From contig CAZZMI010000004.1 in the NCBI GenBank assembly GCA_964655275.1, positions 1 to 55,013 of the forward strand: DNA of 55,013 bases, read 5' to 3'. Below, one piece after another: positions 1-8,335 of the stretch. A program made the translations under genes and the position numbers. Under the pieces are notes generated by a model. That model saw only the letters and a list, made by a program, of their open reading frames with translations. It had not been told where the DNA came from and searched no databases. Source of the DNA: an uncultured Anaerolineae bacterium. Its GTDB lineage: Bacteria > Chloroflexota > Anaerolineae > SpSt-600. Position 1 is the stretch's first letter, and each line of letters begins with the position of its first letter.

Positions 1-60
1 GAGGGTAGGAAATGGGGGTGGAGGGGGCGTAAGCCCCCTCCACCCCCATTTCCTACCCTC
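1..60. repeat. Perfect 28-bp inverted repeat with GTAA loop (REP-like hairpin or terminator downstream of murE)
   Basis: gagggtaggaaatgggggtggagggggc-gtaa-gccccctccacccccatttcctaccctc; the arms are exact reverse complements. Confidence 0.85.
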
Positions 61-108
61 GTGGACTTGGAGTTTACCGGGGTTCTATAGTTTGCCAAGG
101 AAGCAACC

Positions 109-1623
109 TTAAGTGGAGATTAGGCGGCGCTTGAGAGCAAGTTTTACGGTTTCAAATTCATCCCATGGGTATTCCACAGTGCCTATGCACATGGATTGTT
201 CATGCCCTTTGCCGGTAATAAGAACCAGGTCACCTGACCGGGCATTGGCTATGGCCCATTCAATGGCTTCTTTGCGGTCAGGTATAGCTATATAGCCTTC
301 GCCTTCACGACGGCCTGCCCGATGGCATCCTTCAGCAATTTGCTTGATGATTTCATTTACATCTTCCGTCCTCGGATCTTCCGCCGTGAGGACTGCTAAG
401 TCCGCCAGGCGGCCGGCTATTTCTCCCATCATGGGTCGCTTGGCTCGGTCTCTGAGCCCGGCGCATCCGAATACGACTATAAGCCTTCCTTTCGTCCAGG
501 GACGGCAGGTCTTCAGCGCTTCTTCCAGAGAGCGAGGAGTGTGAGCAAAGTCCACAATTACTGTGAAGTCCTGACCCATCTCAATTTTTTCCATCCTTCC
601 TTTTACTCTTTCCACTCTCTTTACCCCTTCCTTTATAGCCTCAGAAGATATGCCCAGGGAGAGGGCCACAGCGGCGGCGGCCAGGATATTGTAAACGTTA
701 AATTGCCCCACCAGTCGGCTTTCAATACCAAATTTTACTTCTTTGGAGACCACTGTAAACCTGAGTCCGTCAAAATCGGTTTTTATGTCTTCCGCCCTGA
801 CATCCGCTGAGGAACCCAGCCCATAGGTTATATGAGAATCAGCAGGGATGGACAGGAGGTAGGGTGCGGAGGAGTCATCGGCATTTATCACTGCCAGCTT
901 GGGGACACCGGGTTTGCGGAAGGAGGTGGAGAGGCTGCGGAAAAGCAAGGCTTTGGCTTCACGGTAAGCTTCATAAGTCTGGTGGTAATCCAGGTGTTCA
1001 TGGGTTATGTTGGTAACCACAGCCACATCAAACTCACATCCTGTTACCCGATGCTGGTGCAGGCCGTGGGAGGTTACTTCCAATACAGCATACTGGGCAC
1101 CTGCTTTTGCCATTTCCGCCAGGTAAAACTGGACATCGGGGGCCTCAGGTGTGGTGGTGTGGAGGCCGGTGTCGTAAACTTTATCGCCAATGCGAGCGTT
1201 TACTGTGCTGATCATTCCAGCTTTGTAGCCCGCCGCTTCCAGGATGGAATGGATAAGGTTAACGGTAGTGGTCTTGCCATCAGTCCCGGTTACTCCAATA
1301 ACCTTCATCTTGCGCCCCGGGTGGTCATAAAATGCGGCTGAAAGGATTGCCAGAGCATGGCGGGAGTCTTTAACCTGAAGGTAAGGGATCGGAAGGCCGT
1401 GGATTTCTTTTTCCCCCACCACAACCCTGGCACCATTTTCCAGAGCCTGAGGGATGAATTGGTGGCCATCCTGGCTCAAGCCAGATATTGCTACGAACAT
1501 ATCCCCAGCTTTGACAGCCCGGGAATCGTGGATCACCCCGGAAATTTCCATATCTTCTGGGCCATCATACCGGATAAGTAAGCCGGCTGCCCGGAGTTCT
1601 TCTACCAGGGCTCCGAGCTTCAT
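109..1623 (-). CDS. murE: UDP-N-acetylmuramoyl-L-alanyl-D-glutamate--diamino acid ligase (MurE)
   Basis: GVTGTDGKTTT P-loop, TTPE, LEVTSHGL, NITHEHLDYH, VDFAHTP, EDPR and GKGHE motifs; start moved to ATG 1623 (MKLGAL), which overlaps the upstream stop as ATGA. Confidence 0.93.
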   Translation of the reverse strand: MKLGALVEELRAAGLLIRYDGPEDMEISGVIHDSRAVKAGDMFVAISGLSQDGHQFIPQALENGARVVVGEKEIHGLPIPYLQVKDSRHALAILSAAFYDHPGRKMKVIGVTGTDGKTTTVNLIHSILEAAGYKAGMISTVNARIGDKVYDTGLHTTTPEAPDVQFYLAEMAKAGAQYAVLEVTSHGLHQHRVTGCEFDVAVVTNITHEHLDYHQTYEAYREAKALLFRSLSTSFRKPGVPKLAVINADDSSAPYLLSIPADSHITYGLGSSADVRAEDIKTDFDGLRFTVVSKEVKFGIESRLVGQFNVYNILAAAAVALSLGISSEAIKEGVKRVERVKGRMEKIEMGQDFTVIVDFAHTPRSLEEALKTCRPWTKGRLIVVFGCAGLRDRAKRPMMGEIAGRLADLAVLTAEDPRTEDVNEIIKQIAEGCHRAGRREGEGYIAIPDRKEAIEWAIANARSGDLVLITGKGHEQSMCIGTVEYPWDEFETVKLALKRRLIST

Positions 1624-1982
1624 CGTTTTTCCCCCAGCAATATGTTCAGGATCACACTGACCACGCTGATCACCAGCGCTCCCCACAGGGCCGGGATAGG
1701 CCCATGAATGTAAAAGGGAAAGCCCAGCTGCTGACCTATCCATGCGGTTAGACCCAGCATTATGGCATTGAGGATCAGGGTGAAAAGGCCTAAAGTGATG
1801 ATTATGAGAGGGCAGGTAAGGAACCTGAGGACAGGCCCAATCAGGGCATTGATGATGCCGAAAATTAGGGCAAGTATAGCCAGGCCTTGCCAGTTTCCAC
1901 GGAAATCAATTCCGGGAACCAGCTCCACAGCTACCCACAGGGCTACGGTGTTTATGAACCACCTTATGAGTAAGCGGCGCAT
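1620..1982 (-). CDS. YvlD-like 4-TM membrane protein (phage holin superfamily IV)
   Basis: 120 aa, hydrophobic, with the IFGIINALIGPVLRFLTCPLIIITLGLFTLILNA signature. Confidence 0.85.
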   Translation of the reverse strand: MRRLLIRWFINTVALWVAVELVPGIDFRGNWQGLAILALIFGIINALIGPVLRFLTCPLIIITLGLFTLILNAIMLGLTAWIGQQLGFPFYIHGPIPALWGALVISVVSVILNILLGEKR

Positions 1983-1994
1983 TTTATCCTCCTC

Positions 1995-2339
1995 TTACTC
2001 AATGTAAATTTCCACCTTTTCCCCCTCCTCCTCATCCTCAACATCCACAACCTTACCCGATATCCCAGCCCTTATCCTCTCCCAAATTTCCTCCCACCTG
2101 GGTGAAAAGCGCGCACCAATGCTGAAACCGAGGCTTACAAGGCCAAGGGGTATATTGACATTCACCTTTTGCCTTCCCGTGCGCAGGTCAGTTACCCTTA
2201 TGCGGAACCATCGCTCCCGCTCCGGAGGGGTCTCCCGATGCCGAGAAGCCTCAAGGGCCTCCAGAAGCCTGGCTGCTTCCTCGGCTGTTATCTTCCCCTC
2301 TTCCAGCATTTTAAGAATTCTCATCCTCTCCTCATCCAT
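1995..2339 (-). CDS. SHOCT-like domain protein (YvlB/LiaX N-terminal-like)
   Basis: N-terminal EERMRILKMLEEGKITAEEAARLLEAL; C-terminal RIRVTD..KVNVNIPL and KVEIYIE. Confidence 0.8.
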   Translation of the reverse strand: MDEERMRILKMLEEGKITAEEAARLLEALEASRHRETPPERERWFRIRVTDLRTGRQKVNVNIPLGLVSLGFSIGARFSPRWEEIWERIRAGISGKVVDVEDEEEGEKVEIYIE

Positions 2340-3318
2340 AGCTCAATACCTCCTTACTTAAGGATTCCAGGTCCACCCGCATTTGCACCAGCACTCTTGC
2401 GACCTTGAACCCGGCCTTTTCCAGAATCCGGGCAAGCTCCTGGTATTCAAAGGGGATCTTGGTGTAAGCTATTCCCCGGAAAGGCCTTGTTAGGGGTTTA
2501 AGGATGCCCTCAACCAGTGCTTCTTCCACCTGGCCCCGGACTTCAGGATGGATGAGGAATTGAAGTTTGTGCCTATTCCCTAACAGGCTCTTCCAGAGAG
2601 CAGCTGTGGCTACTATCCTGCTATCTTTAAGCACCATGACATGGTGCAAATCATAACCCTGGAGGAAGTAGGCCAAACGGTTCAGGAAAGGATTCAGGGA
2701 TAAGGGACGGAACCCTTCAAGTTGGGGCCTTTCAAGCCACAACAATCCTGCAGGTAGAGAAGTCAGGGCCAGCTCGTATTCTTCCTCCCATCGGGATAGC
2801 TCAAAATCTACAGCCTTCTGACCCGATGAGCAAAGGGGCCTGGCTTCTCCTTTTAGCTCCATTTCCACCACCTTCCCGATTTCTTCAAAACCTAAGCTCA
2901 TGTAAAGGGATAAAGCTGCGAAGTTGTCTTCCCTCACCTGAAGGTTCACCCATCGTCCCCCCTGCTCCCAGATGTAAGTTAAGGCGGCCTGCATGAGACG
3001 GCGGGCTATTCCCCTGGAGCGATAGGACGGTGCCACTGCCACATTGCTTATATGCCACCGATCCCAGCCTGTTTGAGTAATTGAGACATTACCCACAACT
3101 TTCCCGCCTTCATCCCAGATAAACCCTCTGAATTCTCTGCCAAGGGTTGAATCCAGTGCGAAGATCAAACCACCCAGGGGCCCCAGACTTCCCATAATCC
3201 GGAGGTCCCGGATCAGTTCTTTCCCTTCGTGGCTCAAGTCCGGCCCGAAGGCTTCTTCCAGAAGGTCAGCCAGCCCGCGCAGGTCCCTTTCGGGCCGCAT
3301 CATCCTTATGAACCCCAA
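2332..3318 (-). CDS. GNAT family N-acetyltransferase (probably tandem GNAT domains)
   Basis: NVAVAPSYRSRGIARRLM acetyl-CoA motif, NFAALSLYMSLGF, second degenerate IHPEVRGQ...LEKAGF; TTG start at 3318 follows a GAGGAGGG RBS. Confidence 0.82.
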   Translation of the reverse strand: MGFIRMMRPERDLRGLADLLEEAFGPDLSHEGKELIRDLRIMGSLGPLGGLIFALDSTLGREFRGFIWDEGGKVVGNVSITQTGWDRWHISNVAVAPSYRSRGIARRLMQAALTYIWEQGGRWVNLQVREDNFAALSLYMSLGFEEIGKVVEMELKGEARPLCSSGQKAVDFELSRWEEEYELALTSLPAGLLWLERPQLEGFRPLSLNPFLNRLAYFLQGYDLHHVMVLKDSRIVATAALWKSLLGNRHKLQFLIHPEVRGQVEEALVEGILKPLTRPFRGIAYTKIPFEYQELARILEKAGFKVARVLVQMRVDLESLSKEVLSYG

Positions 3319-3328
3319 TGTTCCCTCC

Positions 3329-3688
3329 TCAATCCTCCAGAGCCTCCAGAAGAGCGGCACCCTCTTCGGGGGAAATTTTTCCTTCCGCTACCATCTGGAG
3401 GATCCGAAGCCTCTCATCCTGGGGAGAGGGTTGTTCGGGATGCCTTTCCTCAAGGCGAGCCTGGGCCTCTTCAAGAGCGATCCGGGCTTTTACAAGCCCT
3501 TTCTTTAAGGCTTCTTTTGCTTCCGCTTTAAGTTTTTCCCAGTCAATTCCGGCTATTTTCTCCCCCAAAGTTGCAGCAATGGGGACTACTTCCTTCTCAA
3601 GCTTACGGGCAAGGGCCTGGGTCAGGGAGTTGATTTGATCTACAAATTTGCGGATCTCCTCTTCCAGCTGGTAATCCTGTTCATTCAT
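3329..3688 (-). CDS. Coiled-coil protein with C-terminal SHOCT-like domain
   Basis: C-terminal DERLRILQMVAEGKISPEEGAALLEAL; start at ATG 3688 after GGAGG. Confidence 0.75.
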   Translation of the reverse strand: MNEQDYQLEEEIRKFVDQINSLTQALARKLEKEVVPIAATLGEKIAGIDWEKLKAEAKEALKKGLVKARIALEEAQARLEERHPEQPSPQDERLRILQMVAEGKISPEEGAALLEALED

Positions 3689-4070
3689 GGCCTGTCCCTC
3701 CTTCTCCACGGAGTCGTTTAATGGCCTCTTCAACGGTTATTTTACCCTGGGCAAGCTCATCCAGAACAGCTTTCCTTTCTTCAGGCGTAATGTGGGGCTC
3801 TTCCTTCACTTCGTAGCCAAGGGCTCTTATAACTTCAAGAAGGCGAGCCCTTGCAGTGGGGTAAGAAATCCCGAGCATCTCCTGAACCCGGTTGAGTTTT
3901 CCCTCGCACCGGAGGAAAATCTCCACAAACTGTAACTGTTCCGGACTGAGCCGATAGATCCTTCCGAGGTCAAAATTACCCTCAATTGTGGTTCCGCATC
4001 CCGGGCAATGGAGCGCCGTCACAACCATTTGGGTTCCGCAAACCGGACAATTCCCCAAGACTCTCCGCAT
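3681..4070 (-). CDS. DUF2089 family protein (Zn ribbon + HTH + SHOCT-like)
   Basis: CPVCG...CPGCGTTIEG Zn ribbon, LGISYPTARARL HTH, C-terminal GKITVEEA. Confidence 0.9.
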   Translation of the reverse strand: MRRVLGNCPVCGTQMVVTALHCPGCGTTIEGNFDLGRIYRLSPEQLQFVEIFLRCEGKLNRVQEMLGISYPTARARLLEVIRALGYEVKEEPHITPEERKAVLDELAQGKITVEEAIKRLRGEGGTGHE

Positions 4071-4099
4071 GCACTTACCTCCTGGCGGTGTGTGGGAAA

Positions 4100-4128
4100 A
4101 TTATAACACTGGGGTTAAATTTTGTCAA
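4100..4128 (-). promoter_or_regulatory. Sigma70-type promoter of the DUF2089-murE operon
   Basis: Minus strand TTGACA-17 bp-TATAAT, a perfect consensus with extended TG. Confidence 0.8.
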
Positions 4129-4214
4129 GGTTGTTTTTAGCAATATTGAAAGCGCGTTCAAAATCTTAACGAAGCAGCTGCGGAAGGCAAAAATTGGGAG
4201 CTTCGCACGCAGTA

Positions 4215-5291
4215 TTACTTCAGGAACGTCCGCGATGTCACCAGTTTAATATAACGCCGCCAAGTTTCTTTCCATTGGAAGCTTCGGGCTTTCCAGGTGC
4301 CCACAATTCCATAGGGCAAGAATACAACGATTAACACGAAGGCGATCCCAAAAGCAAGCAGCCAGGCGGGCCCAAAAAGCCGGTTCAGCCAGTAACCCAA
4401 AAGGTGAACAATAGCGGCCCCCAGTACCGGGCCACTGAGAGTTCCTACTCCTCCGACAATGGTCATGGCTATTACTTCTATCGTAGTGCTTACGCTCAGG
4501 ACCGTGGGGGTAACTCCAAGATTGAAAAGTGCGTTGAAGGAACCGGCTAAAGAAGCCATTACCCCTGAGGCCATGAGAGCAAAGAGTTTGTATATAAAAG
4601 TATTGTAGCCGAGCATCGCAGCGCGCATCTCATTTTCCCGAATTGCCACCATAACCCGGCCAGTAGGTGAATTTACCAATCGGTGCGCAGCTAAATACAT
4701 AAGCAGGAAAAAGGCTAAGGTGAAAAAGTAAAAATTGGTGCGGTGAACGGTGGGGCTTAGGATTAAAGGCGGATATATACCATGCAAACCATCATCAGCT
4801 CCGGTGTAATGGCGGAAGTCCGTGGCCTCAGCCAGGATGTAGAAGAATTCGGCGAAAGCAAGGGTTACCATAGCTAAATAGACACCACGAACGCGCAGGG
4901 ATAAAATCCCTATGATAAAGCTTTGAAGCAATGCTACTATAACTACCGCCACCATCGCCTCCCAGATGGACCAGCGCGCATGTTTAACCAGAAGGCCAAG
5001 CACATAGCCACCTGTTCCGTAAAACATTGCATGGCCAAAGGAGATAATTCCAGTATAGCCCAAAAGCAAGTCATAGCTCATGGCAAAAACACCTAATATC
5101 AGCATCTGGATAATCATGCCTTGCCAGAATTTAGCTTGTCCCGTTTCGGCTAAGGCCAAAATACGGCTGAGGCCATGCAGTTGAGGATCCACGCTGAGGG
5201 GATCGCCCAGGATTAATCCGCCAATGAAGGGGAAAGCGATTAATAGAGCAAGCAGCAGTAAATTCCAGCGCCATTCTTTTAATGCTCTCAT
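4215..5291 (-). CDS. livM: LIV-type (branched-chain amino acid family) ABC permease
   Basis: LLLGYTGIISFGHAMFYG, VYLAMVTLAFAE, SPTGRVMVAIRENE, GGVGTLSGP motifs. Confidence 0.88.
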   Translation of the reverse strand: MRALKEWRWNLLLLALLIAFPFIGGLILGDPLSVDPQLHGLSRILALAETGQAKFWQGMIIQMLILGVFAMSYDLLLGYTGIISFGHAMFYGTGGYVLGLLVKHARWSIWEAMVAVVIVALLQSFIIGILSLRVRGVYLAMVTLAFAEFFYILAEATDFRHYTGADDGLHGIYPPLILSPTVHRTNFYFFTLAFFLLMYLAAHRLVNSPTGRVMVAIRENEMRAAMLGYNTFIYKLFALMASGVMASLAGSFNALFNLGVTPTVLSVSTTIEVIAMTIVGGVGTLSGPVLGAAIVHLLGYWLNRLFGPAWLLAFGIAFVLIVVFLPYGIVGTWKARSFQWKETWRRYIKLVTSRTFLK

Positions 5292-5295
5292 GGCA

Positions 5296-6792
5296 TTACC
5301 CCTTTTTCCCGAATATTCCGGAAGGTCGGATCAAAAGAACCAGGGCCATTATAAGGACGATAGAGGCCCGCGCGATGGCCGGGGAGGCCCGCCAGGTATA
5401 AGCTATGCCCGGAAAAGTAAAGCCAGTAGTTACCAGGGTATCTCCGAAAGCCCGCGCTAATCCGAGAATCAGCGCTCCCACCGCAGTGCCTGGATAACTG
5501 CCCATCCCACCGATCACTACGGCAATAAAAGCCTGCAGCTGAAATAGTCCACCCATATCTGGGAAAACGCCGACAAAGGGCGCAGCTACTACTCCCCCCA
5601 GCGCTGCCAGAGCTGAACCAAGGGCGAAAACTAAAGTAAAAACACGCCGGACATTGATCCCCAAAGCTTCTACCATCTCGCTGTCCTGAACTCCAGCCCT
5701 CACTATCATTCCCAGGCGAGTATACCGCAGAAGCAAAGTTACGCCTGTTAAAATCAGAACCCCCACAAATATGATAAACAATCGGTAAGTCGGGAAAGCC
5801 CGGCCCAAAACATCTATGGAAGAGCAATGCTCCCTTAGCCAGGCTATCAGGTTAGTAGAGCGGCAGCTCACAGCAAAAAGGGACAGAGAAGGCATTGGAG
5901 CGCGGCCTTCTTTGCCCCAGATGGCTTTTACCAGTTCTCCTCCTGCAAACATTAACCCTAAGGTGAGCACTATTTGGGTTACAGGACGACCATAGAAGGG
6001 ACGAATAAAGGTAGTTTCTATAAGAGCTCCAAGAGCTGCCCCGACTAAAGCGCTGGCCAGCATGGCCAGAAGGAAGCGTATATCTGTTGAAAGCCCCAGA
6101 AGGAATCGCTCCAATATATCACGGGCGTAAAGGATGGAGAAAGCAGCTACTGTAAATCCGAAGGCGTAAGAAATGTAACGGCGGAAAAGCTTCCAAGGGC
6201 TTACATCCTCCCTTCTCTGGAAACCCATAGCCAGGCCCAGGAATATCCCGGAAAGGCTCATCCATCCAAGGCGCGCTGTCATGCGAGGCAAAGGTTCCTG
6301 GGCGAGGGCGGTGGGGATAGCTCCCCCCGGCGTTGTAGGTTCAAAAGCGACTAATGGGCGCAGTGGGAATCCTCTAATTCCCCAGAGCAGAACAGCAACC
6401 CCCAACAGGAGCATAAAGAAGGTTAAAAACCGTCGGTGCAATCCCTCCATCCCCTGCTGATCCAGCAGCTTCTTGATAAAATTGCCCATCGCTATCCCGG
6501 CTCCTAGGTTCAAAAAAAGAGGCACAGTGTTGAGGATAAGGCGAGGGTTACTATGAAAAGTGTAGCCTATGTAGGCTCCGATCATGAATATTATCCCATG
6601 AGCGAAGTTCAGGACATCCATAAGCCCGAAGATCAGTGAAAGCCCTGCCCCCAGGAGGAAATAAAGGGAAGCCAGGGTCAGGCCAGATAGAAGCGTAGCA
6701 GTAGCTTTGGAAGGGCCAAAAATCCAGTAGGCCCCAAGTATTATGCCCGAAACTATAAGGACAGAAGCAATTACTTCACGATAAGTTTTCAT
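5296..6792 (-). CDS. livH: LIV-type ABC permease with large internal membrane insertion
   Basis: GLSLIFGLMDVLNFAHG, TRLGMIVRA, VVIGGMGSYPG motifs; 498 aa. Confidence 0.85.
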   Translation of the reverse strand: MKTYREVIASVLIVSGIILGAYWIFGPSKATATLLSGLTLASLYFLLGAGLSLIFGLMDVLNFAHGIIFMIGAYIGYTFHSNPRLILNTVPLFLNLGAGIAMGNFIKKLLDQQGMEGLHRRFLTFFMLLLGVAVLLWGIRGFPLRPLVAFEPTTPGGAIPTALAQEPLPRMTARLGWMSLSGIFLGLAMGFQRREDVSPWKLFRRYISYAFGFTVAAFSILYARDILERFLLGLSTDIRFLLAMLASALVGAALGALIETTFIRPFYGRPVTQIVLTLGLMFAGGELVKAIWGKEGRAPMPSLSLFAVSCRSTNLIAWLREHCSSIDVLGRAFPTYRLFIIFVGVLILTGVTLLLRYTRLGMIVRAGVQDSEMVEALGINVRRVFTLVFALGSALAALGGVVAAPFVGVFPDMGGLFQLQAFIAVVIGGMGSYPGTAVGALILGLARAFGDTLVTTGFTFPGIAYTWRASPAIARASIVLIMALVLLIRPSGIFGKKG

Positions 6793-6800
6793 GATCCCTC

Positions 6801-7508
6801 CTAAACCACAGCACCGAGGTAACGGCGGATGGTCTCGGGCTCCTTGAGGAGCTCTTCCATGAGCCCGCTTCGGACGGTGCGACCGTCGTCAATCAAAGTA
6901 TAATGGCTGGCGAGCGAACTGGTCATCTGGAAATTTTGATCCACCAAAAGTATGGTGACTTCAGAGGAAAGTTGCCGGATGGCTTCCATTAGTTCTCGCA
7001 CCAGTATGGGGGCCAAACCTTCACTGGGTTCGTCTATTAAAAGCAGCCGGTTATCCGGGACTAAAGCACGCGCAATCGCTAACATTTGCTGTTGTCCTCC
7101 CGAGAGGTTCCCTGCAGGAAGTTTATATAGACGCTTGAGGTCAGGAAAAAGTGAGAAGATAAAATCAGCTTTCCGTTTAAGGTCACCCTTGCGCCGTTCA
7201 GCAATGCGGAGGTTTTCTTCCACGGTCAGGCTGGTGAATATAGCTCTGTGTTCAGGGACATAACCGATCCCCATGGCAGCTATTTCAAAGGGCCGGCGCT
7301 CTTGAATTTCTTCCCCGGCGAATATCACTTTCCCGCTTCGGGGTGGGGTCAGGCCCAGTATTGACTTTAAAGTGGTGGTTTTGCCAGCCCCGTTGCGTCC
7401 CAGGAGTGCGGTTATGCTCCCGGCAGGAACTGTTAAAGATACGCCCTGGAGGATATGAAATTGGCCAATAAAGGTATGAATATCCTGGACTTCCAGAAGA
7501 GGTTCCAA
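6801..7508 (-). CDS. livF: LIV-type ABC ATP-binding protein
   Basis: GRNGAGKTT Walker A, LSGGQQQML signature, LLLIDEPSEGLAP; TTG start with GAGGAGG RBS. Confidence 0.9.
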   Translation of the reverse strand: MEPLLEVQDIHTFIGQFHILQGVSLTVPAGSITALLGRNGAGKTTTLKSILGLTPPRSGKVIFAGEEIQERRPFEIAAMGIGYVPEHRAIFTSLTVEENLRIAERRKGDLKRKADFIFSLFPDLKRLYKLPAGNLSGGQQQMLAIARALVPDNRLLLIDEPSEGLAPILVRELMEAIRQLSSEVTILLVDQNFQMTSSLASHYTLIDDGRTVRSGLMEELLKEPETIRRYLGAVV

Positions 7509-7518
7509 GGTTACCTCC

Positions 7519-8274
7519 TCATAACTCGCCTAAATAGGCTTGCTGGACCTGTTCGTTTGCTTTGATCTCTTCAGGGGTTCCCTCAGCCAGTATTCGGCCC
7601 TGGTGCATGACGGTTATGATGTCTGAAAGGTTCATAACTACATCCATCTTGTGTTCCACCAACAGGATGGTATGCCCACCCTCTTCCCGCAGGCGCGCTA
7701 TTAATTCCATAAAGGCTGGGACTTCACCAGAAGCCATCCCAGCTGTAGGTTCATCCAGGAGGAGGATTTCCGGATCTGTGGCCAGAAGGAGAGCGATCTC
7801 CAGTTTCCTCTGATCTCCATGAGGCAAAGAGCGGGTCAGGAAATATGCCCGATCTGCAAGCCCAACTTTGCGGAGTATTTCCATAGCTTTTTCCTCGTAT
7901 TCCCGATAACGCTTATAATGGCTCCAGAAGTGCAGGCCATGGGGGCCGCGAGCCTGCGCTGCTAACCTCACACTTTCCAAAACTGTCAGGTTAGGGAAGA
8001 GGTTAGTAATCTGGAAAGAGCGGCCTATGCCTCTACGAGCTATTTCATGGGGTGGGAGACCAGTTATATCTTGCCCTCGCAAGAAAACACGACCTGATGT
8101 AGGAGGTAATACGCCGCTTATAAGGTTAAAAAGGGTGGTTTTGCCTGCACCGTTGGGACCAATTATAGCGTGAAGCTGGCCTTCCCGCACCTTCAGGGAG
8201 ACATTGTCAACGGCCACAAGTCCGTCAAATTCTTTACGCAGGTTTCTGGTTTCCAGGACTACTTGCGGCTCCAT
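7519..8274 (-). CDS. livG: LIV-type ABC ATP-binding protein
   Basis: [34 protein letters not shown]-type C-terminus. Confidence 0.9.
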   Translation of the reverse strand: MEPQVVLETRNLRKEFDGLVAVDNVSLKVREGQLHAIIGPNGAGKTTLFNLISGVLPPTSGRVFLRGQDITGLPPHEIARRGIGRSFQITNLFPNLTVLESVRLAAQARGPHGLHFWSHYKRYREYEEKAMEILRKVGLADRAYFLTRSLPHGDQRKLEIALLLATDPEILLLDEPTAGMASGEVPAFMELIARLREEGGHTILLVEHKMDVVMNLSDIITVMHQGRILAEGTPEEIKANEQVQQAYLGEL

Positions 8275-8295
8275 CAGTCAAATTCCTCCATGGAG

Positions 8296-8322
8296 TGGGG
8301 GAGGGTTGTTAGCCCTCCCCCA
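8296..8322. terminator. GC-rich stem-loop 3' of the substrate-binding protein gene
   Basis: tgggggagggtt-gtt-agccctccccca; no strong U tract, so more likely an mRNA-stabilising or attenuating hairpin. Confidence 0.55.
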
Positions 8323-8335
8323 ACCTCTCAGGGCT

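Noticed and set aside
1620-1982. Holin as evidence of a prophage
   Set aside because: No endolysin, structural or integrase genes nearby; YvlD-type proteins are common chromosomal membrane proteins.
5288-5827. Alternative-frame ORF inside livH suggesting a frameshift
   Set aside because: LivH motifs continue intact to its own stop; the alternate frame has no family features.
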